Positions 28,977-41,991 of a DNA stretch of 64,000 nt are shown here, in pieces. Position numbers and translations under genes: made by a program. Position 1 is the stretch's first letter, and the number at the start of each line of letters is the position of its first letter. A model generated the notes under the pieces. That model searched no databases. It was not told the origin of the DNA and worked only from the letters and a program-made list of their open reading frames with translations. Source of the stretch: Octopus vulgaris (lineage: Eukaryota); contig OX597835.1 of NCBI GenBank assembly GCA_951406725.2, positions 32,798,001-32,862,000 of the forward strand, given 5' to 3'.

Positions 28977-29868
28977 AGGTCTTTATTTTTTGTTTTTCTT
29001 ACGGATATTCTAGATTAGATTGGGCCTGGTTTAATTAATAAAAAGTAACTTAGATTCGTTACACTCGGCTAGACTATGAGAGACATTGTAGGCGATTTCA
29101 CATCTTGCCTAAATAGCAACATCGCCGAACTCATAATACACTGAGCCATCTTTAAAATGCGATGATGTAGTCAAGTATACATTTTCTCATTGAAAAGTCG
29201 TATTGTCATGGTCGGAAGGCCGTTGATTATAGGTTCTGCTGAACTCAATTTCAACACAATCTCCAGTCTTAATTATACTGCAACGACGTGTGTATGTCAA
29301 TGATTATGAGAGTTCTGCCAGTAGACCACAAACTTCCCATAGGTCTTTCCATGCAAGAGAGAGCAAGGGTCATAGGCCAGACGAGTAGACGTAAGAATGG
29401 GTTTACATAGGACCAGCAACTCTACAGGAGAAAAAATTCTTCACTTCGTTTACTGAAATCTAGCAGCATTACTGTGAATATGTTTACCAAGCTTTGTAAC
29501 GATATGGGAAAACATGCACGACATTTTGTGAAAGCATATTGTTTTCCGCATTTAATGAAAATAAATAAATAAAGCGATAAAATAAATAAATAATCGTGAT
29601 AAGCTACATAAATGAATAAATAAATGAAAATGAAATATATGAACAAATAAATAAAGATATAATATAAAATAAACAAACTTAGACCCCAACAGAAACTTGA
29701 ATAAAAATAAATCGCATGAAGACAATGTTAAAATACGATATGTTAAAGGAAAATTGAATTTTCAAAGAATTCGAAAGATGGGTTTAAAGATAATGGAATC
29801 AAGTTTGGCTGATTGAAATATATTGATCTTAGTTTATAAGCAATATTAATATGTCTCTCTCCTTCTCC

Positions 29869-29922
<54 letters not shown>

Positions 29923-29964
29923 ATGTATATAAATATAAATGTATACATAGAGACATACATATAC

Positions 29965-30073
<109 letters not shown>

Positions 30074-30230
30074 TGTATATTAATGTATTTTGTTAAGTTG
30101 GTATGTGTACCGCAGTAACTTACCTTTCAACGATGTATTTACATTAGCTATGATACGTATATAGGCAATTTTAATCTAATATTGCAAAACGGATATACAT
30201 ACCTAGATGCACACAGACCTACATACACAA

Positions 30231-30268
<38 letters not shown>

Positions 30269-30748
30269 ACACACACACACATATAGTGATGCCATTTTGT
30301 AGAATGTTACCAACACAGAGCAATCACATAAGTTGCACACCCAATGACCGATAAAACTTATAAATTTCCAAATATTGGTAAAAATCTGAAACAATTACAA
30401 TCACAGGTACCACGCTACCACGCAAGCGCCATTTCCTTGTTCATGTTAAACGAAATACTATAGAACTAACAGCTTCGCCATTTCCTTTGTGTTAAATGGA
30501 ATACCGCAGAACTAACAACCACGCGAAACCGACGGAGTTCTATTACACACGCAAGCACCCGAGCACACCCGTCCGCACACACGCACACACATACACACAC
30601 ATACACAGACATACAGACTTGCTCATATACACATCCGTGTTTGTATATATGTAGGTGTTATTCGTGATACCATTAGCTTTTCTTAATATATTTGTAATTA
30701 TATTTGGAAATTTAACCATGACACACGTTATCCGTTTCAGGATCTATA

Positions 30749-30979
30749 TTACTCTTTTATTATTTTACTTGTTTCCTTCATTCGACTGTGGCCATGCTGG
30801 AGCACCGCCTTTAGCCGAGCAAATCGAACCCAGGACTTATTCTTTGGAAGCATAGTCCTTATCCTATCGGTCTCTTTCGCCGAACCGCTAAGTTACGGGG
30901 AGGTAAACACACCAGCATCGGTTGTCAAGCGATGTTGGGAGACAAAGACACACAAACACACACACTCACACACACACAA

Positions 30980-31052
<73 letters not shown>

Positions 31053-31210
31053 TACGACGCGCTTGTTTCAGTTTCCGTCTACCAAATCCACTCACAAGGC
31101 TTTGGTCGGCCTGAGGCTATAGTAGAAGACACTTGCCCAAGGTGCCACGCAGTGGGAATGAACCCGGAACCATGTGGTTGGTAAGCAAGCTACTTATCAC
31201 ACAGCCACTC
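30749..31210 (-). mobile_element. SINE group A
   Basis: Same head, body and tail, with an internal (CA)n(TA)n tract. Confidence 0.93.
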
Positions 31211-31539
31211 AGTTATATAATATCGATTTTTAGTTTCTCGAAAGTAGTTATAGATATGATTTCGTATTAGGGTGTAACTCGCTTACACTAAACCCAGTCC
31301 TCAATGTAATCATCCTAGAAATGATGAAAGGTGAATTCCTCCTCGGCGGAATTTAAATTCAGAACGTAAAGACGGAAGAAATGCTGCTAATAATTTTATC
31401 CGGCTTGCTTATGATTCTGCCAGATTGCTGCTTTAAGGTAGTTATAAATATCGAGTGGACAAGACGACAGGATGCGCTGCACAAGAATACTGAGTTCGAA
31501 TCTTACCAGCATTATGTGGATTTGTTCTGGTCAATTAAC

Positions 31540-31885
31540 TGGCACTTCGTCGGTTACGAGTGACGGTTGTAGCTGACGCCATCAATGGAACAGCCTGCTC
31601 GTGAAATTAGTGTGTAAGGGGCTGAGCACTCTACTGACATTTGTACTTTTAGTGTAGTTCTTAGGGAGATTGAAAGTGAAAGAGACAAGGCTGGCCCTTC
31701 GAAATACAGTGACAAGACTGGCCCTTTGAAATACAGGTGCTTCTCATTTTTGTCAGCTGAGTGAACTGGAGCAACGTGAAATAAAATATCTTGCCCGAAG
31801 ATTCACCGTGCGGCTGAGAATCGAACTCATATTCTTAAGATTGTGACCCGAATACCCTAACCACTATGCCACGTAAATTCGCTTT
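31540..31885 (-). mobile_element. tRNA-SINE sharing the 3' tail of 18001-18387 but with a different head and central domain
   Basis: cgtcggttacga..ggaacagcctgctcgtgaaatta..gctgagcact is the reverse complement of 18285-18375. The head has tagtggttagggtattcgg..gagttcgattctc. Confidence 0.75.
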
Positions 31886-33357
31886 GGTTTATTAAAAGGA
31901 GGATGAATGTCCGTAGACATGTGGTTATGGTGTTTCTCTTGTGATTCCATGATTGCGATTTTTATTCTCGGACCGGTCAGTGCGTTGTAGCCTTAAGCAA
32001 AACGCTTCATTTCACGTTGCGCCAGTCTGCTCCGTTTTAAATGAAAACCTCTGCGTATTGTATACAATAGCGTTGGCAGGATTGCTGTCAATTATTCATC
32101 ATGGAAACGTGTAACTGGTCCATTGCGGTCCTAGGACACGAGGCTGTAACTTTGCATTTCTAATTAAAGTGAGGAAGGCCTTGTCCATGTTATTTAGTAG
32201 ATGGGATTTTATGAAGAAACTGCGTCTCATCAATAGGACAGTACATGAAGTCATTCGATCTTGATGCTATCAAAAATCAAGAAACCTGAATACATTGAAG
32301 GAAGGTTTTTAAAGTTGCATTGTCCTATTTCTTCTCTCTCTCCTTGATATTCCTGATAGACCAGTACTTTCTATTGGGGCATTTTCTTCATTCAATCGTT
32401 ATTTCAAATGAAGTATCCGAAAGCTACAATTTTTAATTATTACCTAGAATAGAATTCAATATTGAAAAGTGAATAAACTTCACCTGTAACCTGTTCTTGT
32501 TGAACTCGCGTCAATAATAAATTTGTTTGTGTAAATCAAATACTGTTTCGTATCTGTAGTCAAACACCTGACCGACGCTATTGTATACACATACGTAATT
32601 ACTAAAACAAAAGGTCAGAACATGAAACTAAGTTAACTTTGTTAATTAAAAGTTAAGAGTACGTTAATTAAAACCCGACCTGACTTAATCCAGAAACTCT
32701 ATAATCAAATGCCGTCTCGGTTACTAAAGTTATAGGTCAGAAAACGAAACTAAGCTATCATAAAAAAGCAAAACGTATCTAATCCAGAAAATCTATAATA
32801 AAAAACAGTCTCAATTATTATTACCTTCCATTTTCATTTGACATTGTCTATCGAGGACTATACTGTGCAATGTTGCCTGATGAGTTTCAGACAGCAGGAT
32901 CGGGATTTGTGTTTTTCGGGGTCGTTCGGTTGACATTTATGAGAGATTACTTGGCAAAAACTGTAAAGTGGCGATTTGGCACTCGTCCGATTTATCGTTC
33001 TGAGTTCAAATCCCGTCAAGTTCGACTTTACATTTCATTGTTTCGAGATCGATAAAATAAGCACCAGTCGAACTCTGAGATCGATGTAATCGAATTACCT
33101 CTCCTCCACCACGAAATTATTTTCTTTGTACACAAATTTGAAACCCATTTGGTGATAGCTGTCAGCACTTTTTAACACTTCATGACAGGCGGGAGCAAAT
33201 TAACGGCGTAGAAATATAAAGCTTTCAACATTTAAATATATCCGAAAGTTGGTGTAATTAATGCAAGGATGGAACGAAGAATTAATGTAGATGTTGAATC
33301 TCTTAGGATATACACCCTGGTTTCGCACTCTTTTTCTGTCTTCATTTTCTCTTTCCT

Positions 33358-33436
<79 letters not shown>

Positions 33437-33489
33437 CGTTTAAATATTTGTTGTGCAAGATTTTTTATGTGAAGTCGTGTGTTGAAACA

Positions 33490-33645
33490 TATATTGTTAT
33501 ATTTCGGAATGGTCATATTGCCAGTTTAGCCGAAATAAGATTAAGGCTAATGTAAAAAATAAATAACACTGAAGCAAAATAACACCAAATATATAGTGTG
33601 TGTGTTTTTATTGGCTAAACTGGCAATATGACCATTCCGAAATAT

Positions 33646-33654
<9 letters not shown>
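33490..33654. repeat. 42-bp inverted repeat; the same sequence also occurs at about 4224-4268
   Basis: tattgttatatttcggaatggtcatattgccagtttagcc / ggctaaactggcaatatgaccattccgaaatataacaata. Confidence 0.85.
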
Positions 33655-33705
<51 letters not shown>

Positions 33706-33745
33706 GTGTGTGTGTTTGTGTGTATAGATATACAGATAGATAGAC

Positions 33746-33796
<51 letters not shown>

Positions 33797-33965
33797 GACA
33801 TAGACATGCGTATATTTAGATACACAAATACAAGCACGAATATTTATATGTATATACATATATAATAAATATATGACGGTAAAAATTATTAGAGATAATA
33901 ATTTATACCAGTGGCCAGCATGCGTAAAAAATTGTCTGTAGACCATAAAATATTTATATATATAT

Positions 33966-34607
33966 ATACTACAAAATTAGAGAATGGAGAAACATACTTA
34001 AATCAATAAAACATCAACTATCCGATGATACCCAATCAATACTTTAATACACCATTACATATGAGTAGAGGCATTATACAAAAAGAGATATACATTAATA
34101 GTAAAAAGATAAAGAGATATAAGTAAAAAATTTCAAATATAATATGCAATTAATCAAAACTGACAGCTGTTTCGGCAGTGAGGGCAGTCAAACCTCATTT
34201 AACCTATAAGCCATAAAGGCAGGTATAAATGAGGCATTAACAAGGATGCCCCACGGCCTCTTCAGAGAATTAAATTAAATTTGTTATAATTGTGAAAAAT
34301 ATTATATAATCATATACATATAAATATAAAAATATAAAAATGTAAAATATAAAAACTTATACATCATAATGCTACACTTATATAATATAATACACATTGG
34401 TACAATAAAGGAAGGTAAACAGAACAAAATAAAACAAAATATATATCAGTGTATATATTAATATTAATAAGTACCGATATTATACATATTTGGCTAATAT
34501 TTTTTTAAAAAAACCTAACACATAGGGAGATGAAAAATAATAATTAAAACCATGGTTCAGTTCATAAAATTCTAAAGCTATAAAAGTTAATAAAAATTAC
34601 TATTAAT

Positions 34608-34677
<70 letters not shown>

Positions 34678-34776
34678 GATACAGTTAAGTTTGCACAAAG
34701 TCCATCCTTTCAAGTCCATCCTTTCATAGTTATTTCGTTCTTGAAAGGATGGACTTTGTGCAAACTTAACTGTATC

Positions 34777-34855
<79 letters not shown>

Positions 34856-35501
34856 ATTAATAGTAATTTTTATTAACTTTTATAGCTTTAGAATTTTATG
34901 AACTGAACCATGGTTTTAATTATTATTTTTCATCTCCCTATGTGTTAGGTTTTTTTTAAAAAAATATATTAGCCAAATATGTATAATATCGGTACTTATT
35001 AATATTAATATATACACTGATATATATTTTGTTTTATTTTGTTCTGTTTACCTTCCTTTATTGTACCAATGTGTATTATATTATATAAGTGTAGCATTAT
35101 GATGTATAAGTCTTTATATTTTACATTTTTATATTTTTATATTTATATGTATATGATTATATAATATTTTTCACAATTATAACAAATTTAATTTAATTCT
35201 CTGAAGAGGCCGTGGGGCATCCTTGTTAATGCCTCATTTATACCTGCCTTTATGGCTTATAGGTTAAATGAGGTTTGACTGCCCTCACTGCCGAAACAGC
35301 TGTCAGTTTTGATTAATTGCATAATATATTTGAAATTTTTTACTTATATCTCTTTATCTTTTTACTATTAATGTATATCTCTTTTTGTATAATGCCTCTA
35401 CTCATATGTAATGGTGTATTAAAGTATTGATTGGGTATCATCGGATAGTTGATGTTTTTATTGATTTAAGTATGTTTCTCCATTCTCTAATTTTGTAGTA
35501 T
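33966..35501. repeat. About 750-bp-arm near-perfect inverted repeat (5'-inverted PLE-type non-coding element; right arm continues to about 35885)
   Basis: 33966-34714 is the reverse complement of 34740-35501, with a 25-bp spacer. Each arm carries an HHR. Confidence 0.95.
35199..35306 (+). ncRNA. Type I HHR with long extended stem II (mirror copy at 34160-34267, minus)
   Basis: ct CTGAAGA ggc [79-nt structured insert] gcc GAAAC AGCT GTC ag. Confidence 0.7.
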
Positions 35502-35938
35502 TAATTTACGGTAATTTTATTACCTTTACCCATGTAATACATTTGATGAACTGATTGTTTGACAATTTTTAACATCTATGTATTAATATTGTTGGGTACC
35601 TATCTGGCAGTATATTGGATATATATTATCCCATGGTGGGTTGAATTTTCAACCCCTATCTCTTTTTATAACCTATATATATATATACATATGTGTGAAT
35701 AAATTACACACTGAGAAGAGAACCACTGGATGGTTTCTTTGCATGCTGGAAAAAGATGTCAAATACTCAAACCCGTATTTTTTGTATTTTTTTGTATTTT
35801 TTAGGGGACTTGACAAATTTTTTTCCAACATGGTATGATTTAAGTATATCTTTGTTTAATTGCTACATGGTGGTTCTCCTCTAATTTATATACATACATA
35901 CATACATACACACATACATACATACATACATACATACA

Positions 35939-36004
<66 letters not shown>

Positions 36005-36241
36005 TGTATACTGTCAATCTAACAAGAACGTGACAGTAGGGGGTACACCACCGTTATATAGCCCTAGGAGGCATCGAACGCCTCCTGACAGCTTCGACAC
36101 ATTTTATCCTGTGTCCTTATATACACATACGAAGGGGAGACAAACATCCCCAACCGCCGGAACTGCATCTAGGGACACCGTGTTTCAGGATCATTGTCCT
36201 TCATCGGCCTAGAGTAGTAGACACCGGTCAGCTGGCGATAT

Positions 36242-37970
36242 TATATCTTTATTATGGGCACGATGGCCCGAATGAAGACGGGACATTACAAGACGGGACA
36301 TTACAAGACGGGACGTGGGGTACATAAAGTAAAAATAAAATATGAAATAAAGATGAATTATATGTAATGAGATACAGTTCCGTTTAAAATACAATTTTAC
36401 ATTTTATACTTTTACAATTTACAATTTTACATTTTAACATTACATATATTCCAGTTCAAAATACAATTTTACATTTTACAATTTACAATGTTACAATTTT
36501 AAAATCTCAGTTCTATTGGACGTTGGTCCGTAATGTACTTTGTCAACTCCATTTGCTCCACCACATTTGGCAAATTCTCATAACATACGTAATACGTTGA
36601 ATAAACCTGCTCAAACATACTTTTCAATTTACAAAATGTTCCTTTATCTACAAGTACCGCTTTCATATCGTCATCATGGAGTTCTGGGTGTAATTTAACC
36701 CTAATTAATCCCTTCCTACCTGCAAGTCTTTTCTCCACTTCTGTGTCTTTCACATATAACATCAATACTTTCAGGTATTTTCCTTCAGGTCTTTTTCCTT
36801 TTTTACATGCATCCAACTGTTCTCTCACTTTTTTGCTCCATTCTAAGTGTACCTCTGTCATTGTCTGTTCGTCCTTTTCTTTGCACCTTCTCTCTTTTTG
36901 TTCTGTTATCTTGCTTTTGGTTTTTTTCTTCTTTAGAACTTTCGGTGGTGATTCCACCCTTGTTCTCTTCCTATCTCCTGTTCTTTCCTCCTCTGCACTT
37001 GAACGTTCTTCTTCCATATCCTCATTTAGCTGCTCCTCCGTTTGTGCCTCCACTGCTTTCGTTTCCTCCTGCACTTCTCCCTCCTCCACACACGCATCTT
37101 TACACTCCTCTATTACAGCCTCCGGTGCTTTCGTTCTTTCCAGCGGGCACACATCCTTCATGTGGCCCCTTAATTTACAATGATAGCAGACTGGGGGTCT
37201 TCCCTCTACCACGACTCTAAGCCGTGTCTCATCAGGGAAGACCAACTCCTCCGGGATGTTGTACAGGTCTCGCACGGTTATATGTGCCAGTACCTGCACC
37301 GTATATCCCCACCACTTAACCTCTGTTGACTTCTCCACCTTCAACACCTCCACACTTTCCTTGCAGTTAAAAACTACTGCCGCCAATAACCTCTCCATGT
37401 TCATTTCGGGCGAAATTCTACCAATTCTTATCCTCACTGCCCTCCTTCCACAGTAACTTGGTAGTAACGTCCAACTATCCGTTTTCAAAATTCTTGTTGC
37501 ATTCTTTCTTGCTTCATTTTCAGTTTTAAAATATACCACCACTGTGGCATATTACCTTCCTCTTTTGAAAAATGTGGGTTCACCCTCAATTTCCTTCAGA
37601 CACTTTTCTACTTCTTCCGTTTCTGCTACTTCAATTTTTTTCGACGCCACACACCATGTCCTGTACGTTATCATACGCTTCTCCGCGTTGTTTTCCTCTT
37701 CTTCGGACGGTGTGACTCTCACGCAGTCACCCTCCCTCTTCAAACTGTCGAAATACTTCTCTAAAGTTTTCTGTTCGACCACCACTTCTTCCATTTCCAG
37801 TTCACTGGCAACTAGGCCTCTGCCTGCTGCTCTCGCATAAGTCTGCTCTTGCATTTTCAAAAATCTCCCAAAAAAATTTTCCACGTCCTCCAGCAACGAA
37901 CTCGAACTCACAACCTCTTCACAATGACGCACTCGAAACGAACACACCAGAATAACCAAAAAAAAAGGAG
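36242..37970 (-). mobile_element. ORF1-only non-autonomous non-LTR retrotransposon (HAL1-like)
   Basis: 11-bp TSD gctggcgatat (36231-36241, 37971-37981). AATAAA near the 3' end. A single gag-like ORF and no ORF2. Confidence 0.8.
36499..37854 (-). pseudogene. L1/Tx1-type ORF1 (gag-like, CCHC zinc knuckle), about 451 codons with one in-frame TAA
   Basis: MQEQTYARAAG.. continues in frame through TAA (37552-37554) into the 347-aa ORF, with GRPPVCYHCKLRGHMKDVCP followed by an E/K-rich region. Confidence 0.8.
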
Positions 37971-38051
37971 GCTGGCGATATCTGTCTCGACTTCGTATCT
38001 GTATATATCTATTGTCAGTGAAGTCAATATTTCTTATATATATATATATAT

Positions 38052-38900
38052 ATCACCTTGATCACCTTGTCCTACCAGTCCGTCAGGCGTCCATTTGACA
38101 CCGCTGGTCATAGCACGCTGTCCACTCCTCTCTGGATCGCACCTTTCTCATCCACGTGATCCCAATCGTCCTCCTGAAATCGTAACTCCACCGTCGTGGA
38201 GGTCTTCCGGGTGGTCTTTTCCGCTCGCGCGGGTACCACTCGACAACTGCGTGGGTTCACCGATTATCGGTGAGCCGGGCGACGTGTCCAGTCCATCTAA
38301 ACTTGCTGCGTGTATACTCTGCGATGACATCTCTCACGCCGGACTTCTTTCTGATGATCTCGCTACTGATGTGCTCTCTCAACGAGATACCAAGCATTGA
38401 CCTTTCCATGGCTCTTTGAGCCGTTATCAGTCTTTGCTCTTCTATCTTTGTGGTATCCCATGTTTCATTACCATATAACATTGCAGGCAGAACTACATTG
38501 TTAATGAGGTTGGTGCGGGTGGTCCTGTCCAACCTTCCCTTGAGCACATCGCTCTAGAGTGCTACTGGTAACATGTAATCCAGTACAACCTGTTGCATGG
38601 TCGGGACGTCGGTGACTAAACTGAAAACCCCACCAGGTTCGCTTGCTGAGGAGGGTGCTGTTGACTCCCTGTGGGATGGAAAAATAAGACCCAACAAAGG
38701 GCGGATGAACTCCTGAATAGTCAACGGCCATCCAACAAAATGCCGGCTTGCCCGCCCAGCCAGTGGGATGGGGTCATCTTAGGACTAAAACAGCACGAAG
38801 AACGAAGAGAAAAGGAAAAGGGCCTCAGTACCCTGCACGTCAATCGGGCCACTCCATGACGACGGCGGAGTGCAACTCGAGCGACGAGAGGCTGCTAAGA
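38052..38900 (-). mobile_element. RTE-clade LINE derivative: RT C-terminus (38083-38552) and 3' tail joined to putative 5'-region sequence
   Basis: VLPAMLYGNETW, AQRAMERSMLG, KFRWTGHVAR, RPPGRPPRRW; tail (caaggtgat)2. Confidence 0.88.
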
Positions 38901-38918
38901 ATCACAAAGAATATATAT

Positions 38919-39110
38919 ATATAGTACAACATGGGACAAGAACGCAAAACATTCGGACAGTTAGGTGATACAAAAAGGGACGACAACTAGATTATCCTCA
39001 CAATAAACTGGTTCTTGACTGAAGATAGAAAACTTCGAATGACTCGTCCTTGTTCTCTTTGTATCGTCTGGATGTTTTGTCCGGATGGTTTGCGTTCGTG
39101 TCCCATTTTG

Positions 39111-39118
<8 letters not shown>
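38919..39118. repeat. Short fold-back element in (TA)n with about 65-bp inverted arms
   Basis: tacaacatgggacaagaacgcaaaacattcggaca vs tgtccggatggtttgcgttcgtgtcccattttgta. A decayed CTGAAGA..GAA..GTC lies in the centre. Confidence 0.8.
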
Positions 39119-39174
<56 letters not shown>

Positions 39175-39177
<3 letters not shown>

Positions 39178-39370
39178 TTTACTTATTTACTTGTTTCAGT
39201 TATTTGACAGCAGCCATGCTGGAGCACCGCCTTTAATCGAGCAAATTGACCCTAGGACTTATTCTTTGTAGGCCTAGTACTTATTCTATCGGTCTCTTTT
39301 GCCGAAACACTAAGTTATGAGGACGTAAACACACCAGCATCGGTTGTCAAGTGATGTTGGTGGGACAAAC
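39175..39370 (-). mobile_element. SINE group A 3' half
   Basis: Matches 16410-16605. Confidence 0.88.
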
Positions 39371-39759
39371 TGTACTTTGCTGAGTCGTGATGAATGAATC
39401 ACTACGTAAATATGTACAATAATGTACTGTCTAAAAGAATATAAATATAAAGTCTACATAGCTGTTATCGCCAATAAATCTCCATGTTCTCATATCTGAA
39501 GCATACAATGGCAGAAAAATGTTGGTAAGTAATGAAAATATATGACTTTGTTTCACTTGTTTTATTTTTCGATAAATCAAGCTTTTATGGTCAGTGTAAA
39601 TTTATTTACGTCAATTAAAATGTGATTTATAAAGCTACGTTAGTCTACCAGCCGAGAAAAAAGCTATGTATTTTTCACGAAAAAGAAAAAAAATGTCTGA
39701 AAATCTGAAAGGTTACTAATTTTGGTAGCATCAAAATAATAATAATAATTAATATTACT

Positions 39760-41020
39760 ATAGGCACAAGGTCTGAAATTTAGGGGAAGGAGATTAATGA
39801 ACTACATCGATTCCAATGCGTAACTATTACTTATTTCATCGATCCCGAAAGGATGAAAGGCAAAGTCGACCTCGGAGGAATTTGAACTCAGAAGGTAGCG
39901 GCAGACGAAATACCGCTAAGCATTTCGCCCGGCGTGCTAACGTTTCTGCCGCCTTATATAATTTCTAATACTGCCATCAAGCTTGTGACTTCAGGTGAAT
40001 GGACAAGTCTACTACAAAGATACCAGTGTTCATCTTGTAATTATTTTATCGTAAGTTGACAGCAAAAATAGATCTTAGCGAGATTTTGGACTCAGAAATT
40101 ACAGAACGGGAAGAAATACCTATTTCTTTACTACCCACAAGGGGCTAAACACAGAGAGGACAAACAAGGACTTAATCCGTTTGTCTGTCCTTGTTCGTCC
40201 TCTCTGTGTTTAGCTCCTTGTGGGTAGTAAAGAAATTGGTATTTCGTCTGTCTTTACGTTCTGAGTTCAAATTCCGCCGAAGTCGACTTTGCTTTTCATC
40301 ATTTCGGGGTCAATAAATTAAGTACCAGTTACGCCGTGGAGTCGATGTAATCGACTTAATACCTATGTCTGTCCTTATTTGTCCCCTCTGTGTTGAGTCC
40401 CTTGTGGGTAGTAAGGAAATAGCTATTTCGTCTGTATTTACGTTCTGAGTTCAAATTCCGCCGAGGTCGACTTTGCCTTCCATCCTTTCGAGGTCGATAA
40501 AATACCAGTTGCGTACTGCGGTCGATCTAATCGACTGGCTCCCTCCTCCAAAATTCCGGGCCTTGTGCCTAGAGTAGAAAAGAATATTGGAAATCATTCA
40601 AGGTAGCAAACTGGTTGAATTCTTAAGGAACAGGACAAAAGGATTGTCAGTAACACGTCTTTACGTTCTGCGTTCAAATTCCACCGAGGTCGACTTTTCG
40701 TTTTAGCCTTTTGATATCTACAAAATAAATATTAGTTGAATATAATCGTCTTATCCCCTATCTCGAAATTGATGGATTGGTGCCATATTTTGAATTCAAT
40801 ATATTTGACCATATTAAGGCGGTGAGCTGGCAGAACCGTTAGCAGGCCGGGCAGCATGCTTAGCGGAATTTCATACGTCTTTACGCTTTAAGTTCAAATC
40901 CCGCTGAGGTTGACTTTGCTTCTTTTCATTTTGGGGTCGACAAAATAAGTTCTAGTGAAACACTGGAGTCGACGTAACCCCGCCTCGATAATGCTGGTCT
41001 TGTGCCAAAATTTTAAACCA
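39760..41020. mobile_element. Cluster of at least 5 group B SINE copies or units in both orientations
   Basis: Minus copies at 39760-40170; plus tandem units at 40171-40585; degenerate copies at 40600-40800 and 40817-41020. Confidence 0.88.
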
Positions 41021-41152
41021 TTATTAGAAAGAATTATTTTTATTGGCATTATTCCATTATCTCAAGCATTATTCTGCCATTAACATTTGTATATTAATAG
41101 AAGAGTATTTATAAATTGAAGGATTTAATTTAATACACCAACATAAACGTAC

Positions 41153-41545
41153 ATGTGTGTATCTGTGTGTGTGTGTGCTAGTGGTTGTCTGCATATGTGT
41201 GTATGTGCATGTGTGTCTACTTGTGTATGTGTGCGGGTGTTTGTGTGTATGTTTGTATTTTTGTGTGTGTGTGCATCTGTGTACGTGTGTGTTTGTGTGC
41301 ATGTATGTACGCGTGTGTTTGTGTATATGTGTGTGCATGTGTGTGTGTGTGCATATGTGTGTGTGCATGTGTGTGTACGTGTGTATGTCTGTGTGTGGGA
41401 GTGTTTGTGTGTGTCTTTATGTGTGTGTTTATGTTTGTGTGTATGTGTGTATCTGTGTGTATGTATGTGTGTATCTGTATACGTGTGTGTGTGTGTATAT
41501 GTGTGTGTATGTTTGTGTGTACATGTGTGTGTGTATGTGCGCCCG
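41153..41545. repeat. Degenerate (TG)n tract
   Basis: Directly visible. Confidence 0.95.
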
Positions 41546-41991
41546 TGCGTCTGTTTAGAATACCGAAATGACATTGTACTTTACTTTCGTCAGGCGGATG
41601 AGGGTGGCTCTGATTAGATCATTTCAACGAAGTAAACACTTGGATTTATAAGGTTAGGAAATTAATGGAGACTGTGGTGGTGGTGGTGGTGGTCTTTTGA
41701 TGGTGGTGGTTCTTGTGGTGGTGGTGATGATGGTGTTGATGTTTGTGCGGGTGTTGGTAGTGATGGTGGTCTTTGTGGTTGTTGTCGTGATAGTCTTTGT
41801 GGTAGTGCTGATGGTTGTGTTAGGACAATAATTGTATTTCAGAATCTATTATCCCTTTCCTTCCTACTGTCATTGAAACTGCGGCCATGCTGATGCACCA
41901 CCTTGATGGGTTTTCATTGAACAAATCGAATCAAGTACCTGTTTGTTTTTAATTATTCTATTCATGTCGTTTACCGAACCCCTAATTTAGT

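Larger units (their letters stand above)
36001..38007 (-). mobile_element. Retrozyme-like HHR element, copy 2 (36001-36241 + 37971-38007), interrupted by the ORF1-only element
   Basis: Homologous to 13030-13292. HHR at 36169-36212: ctagg CCGATGA agga caatga tcct GAAACAC g GTGTC cctag. Confidence 0.75.
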
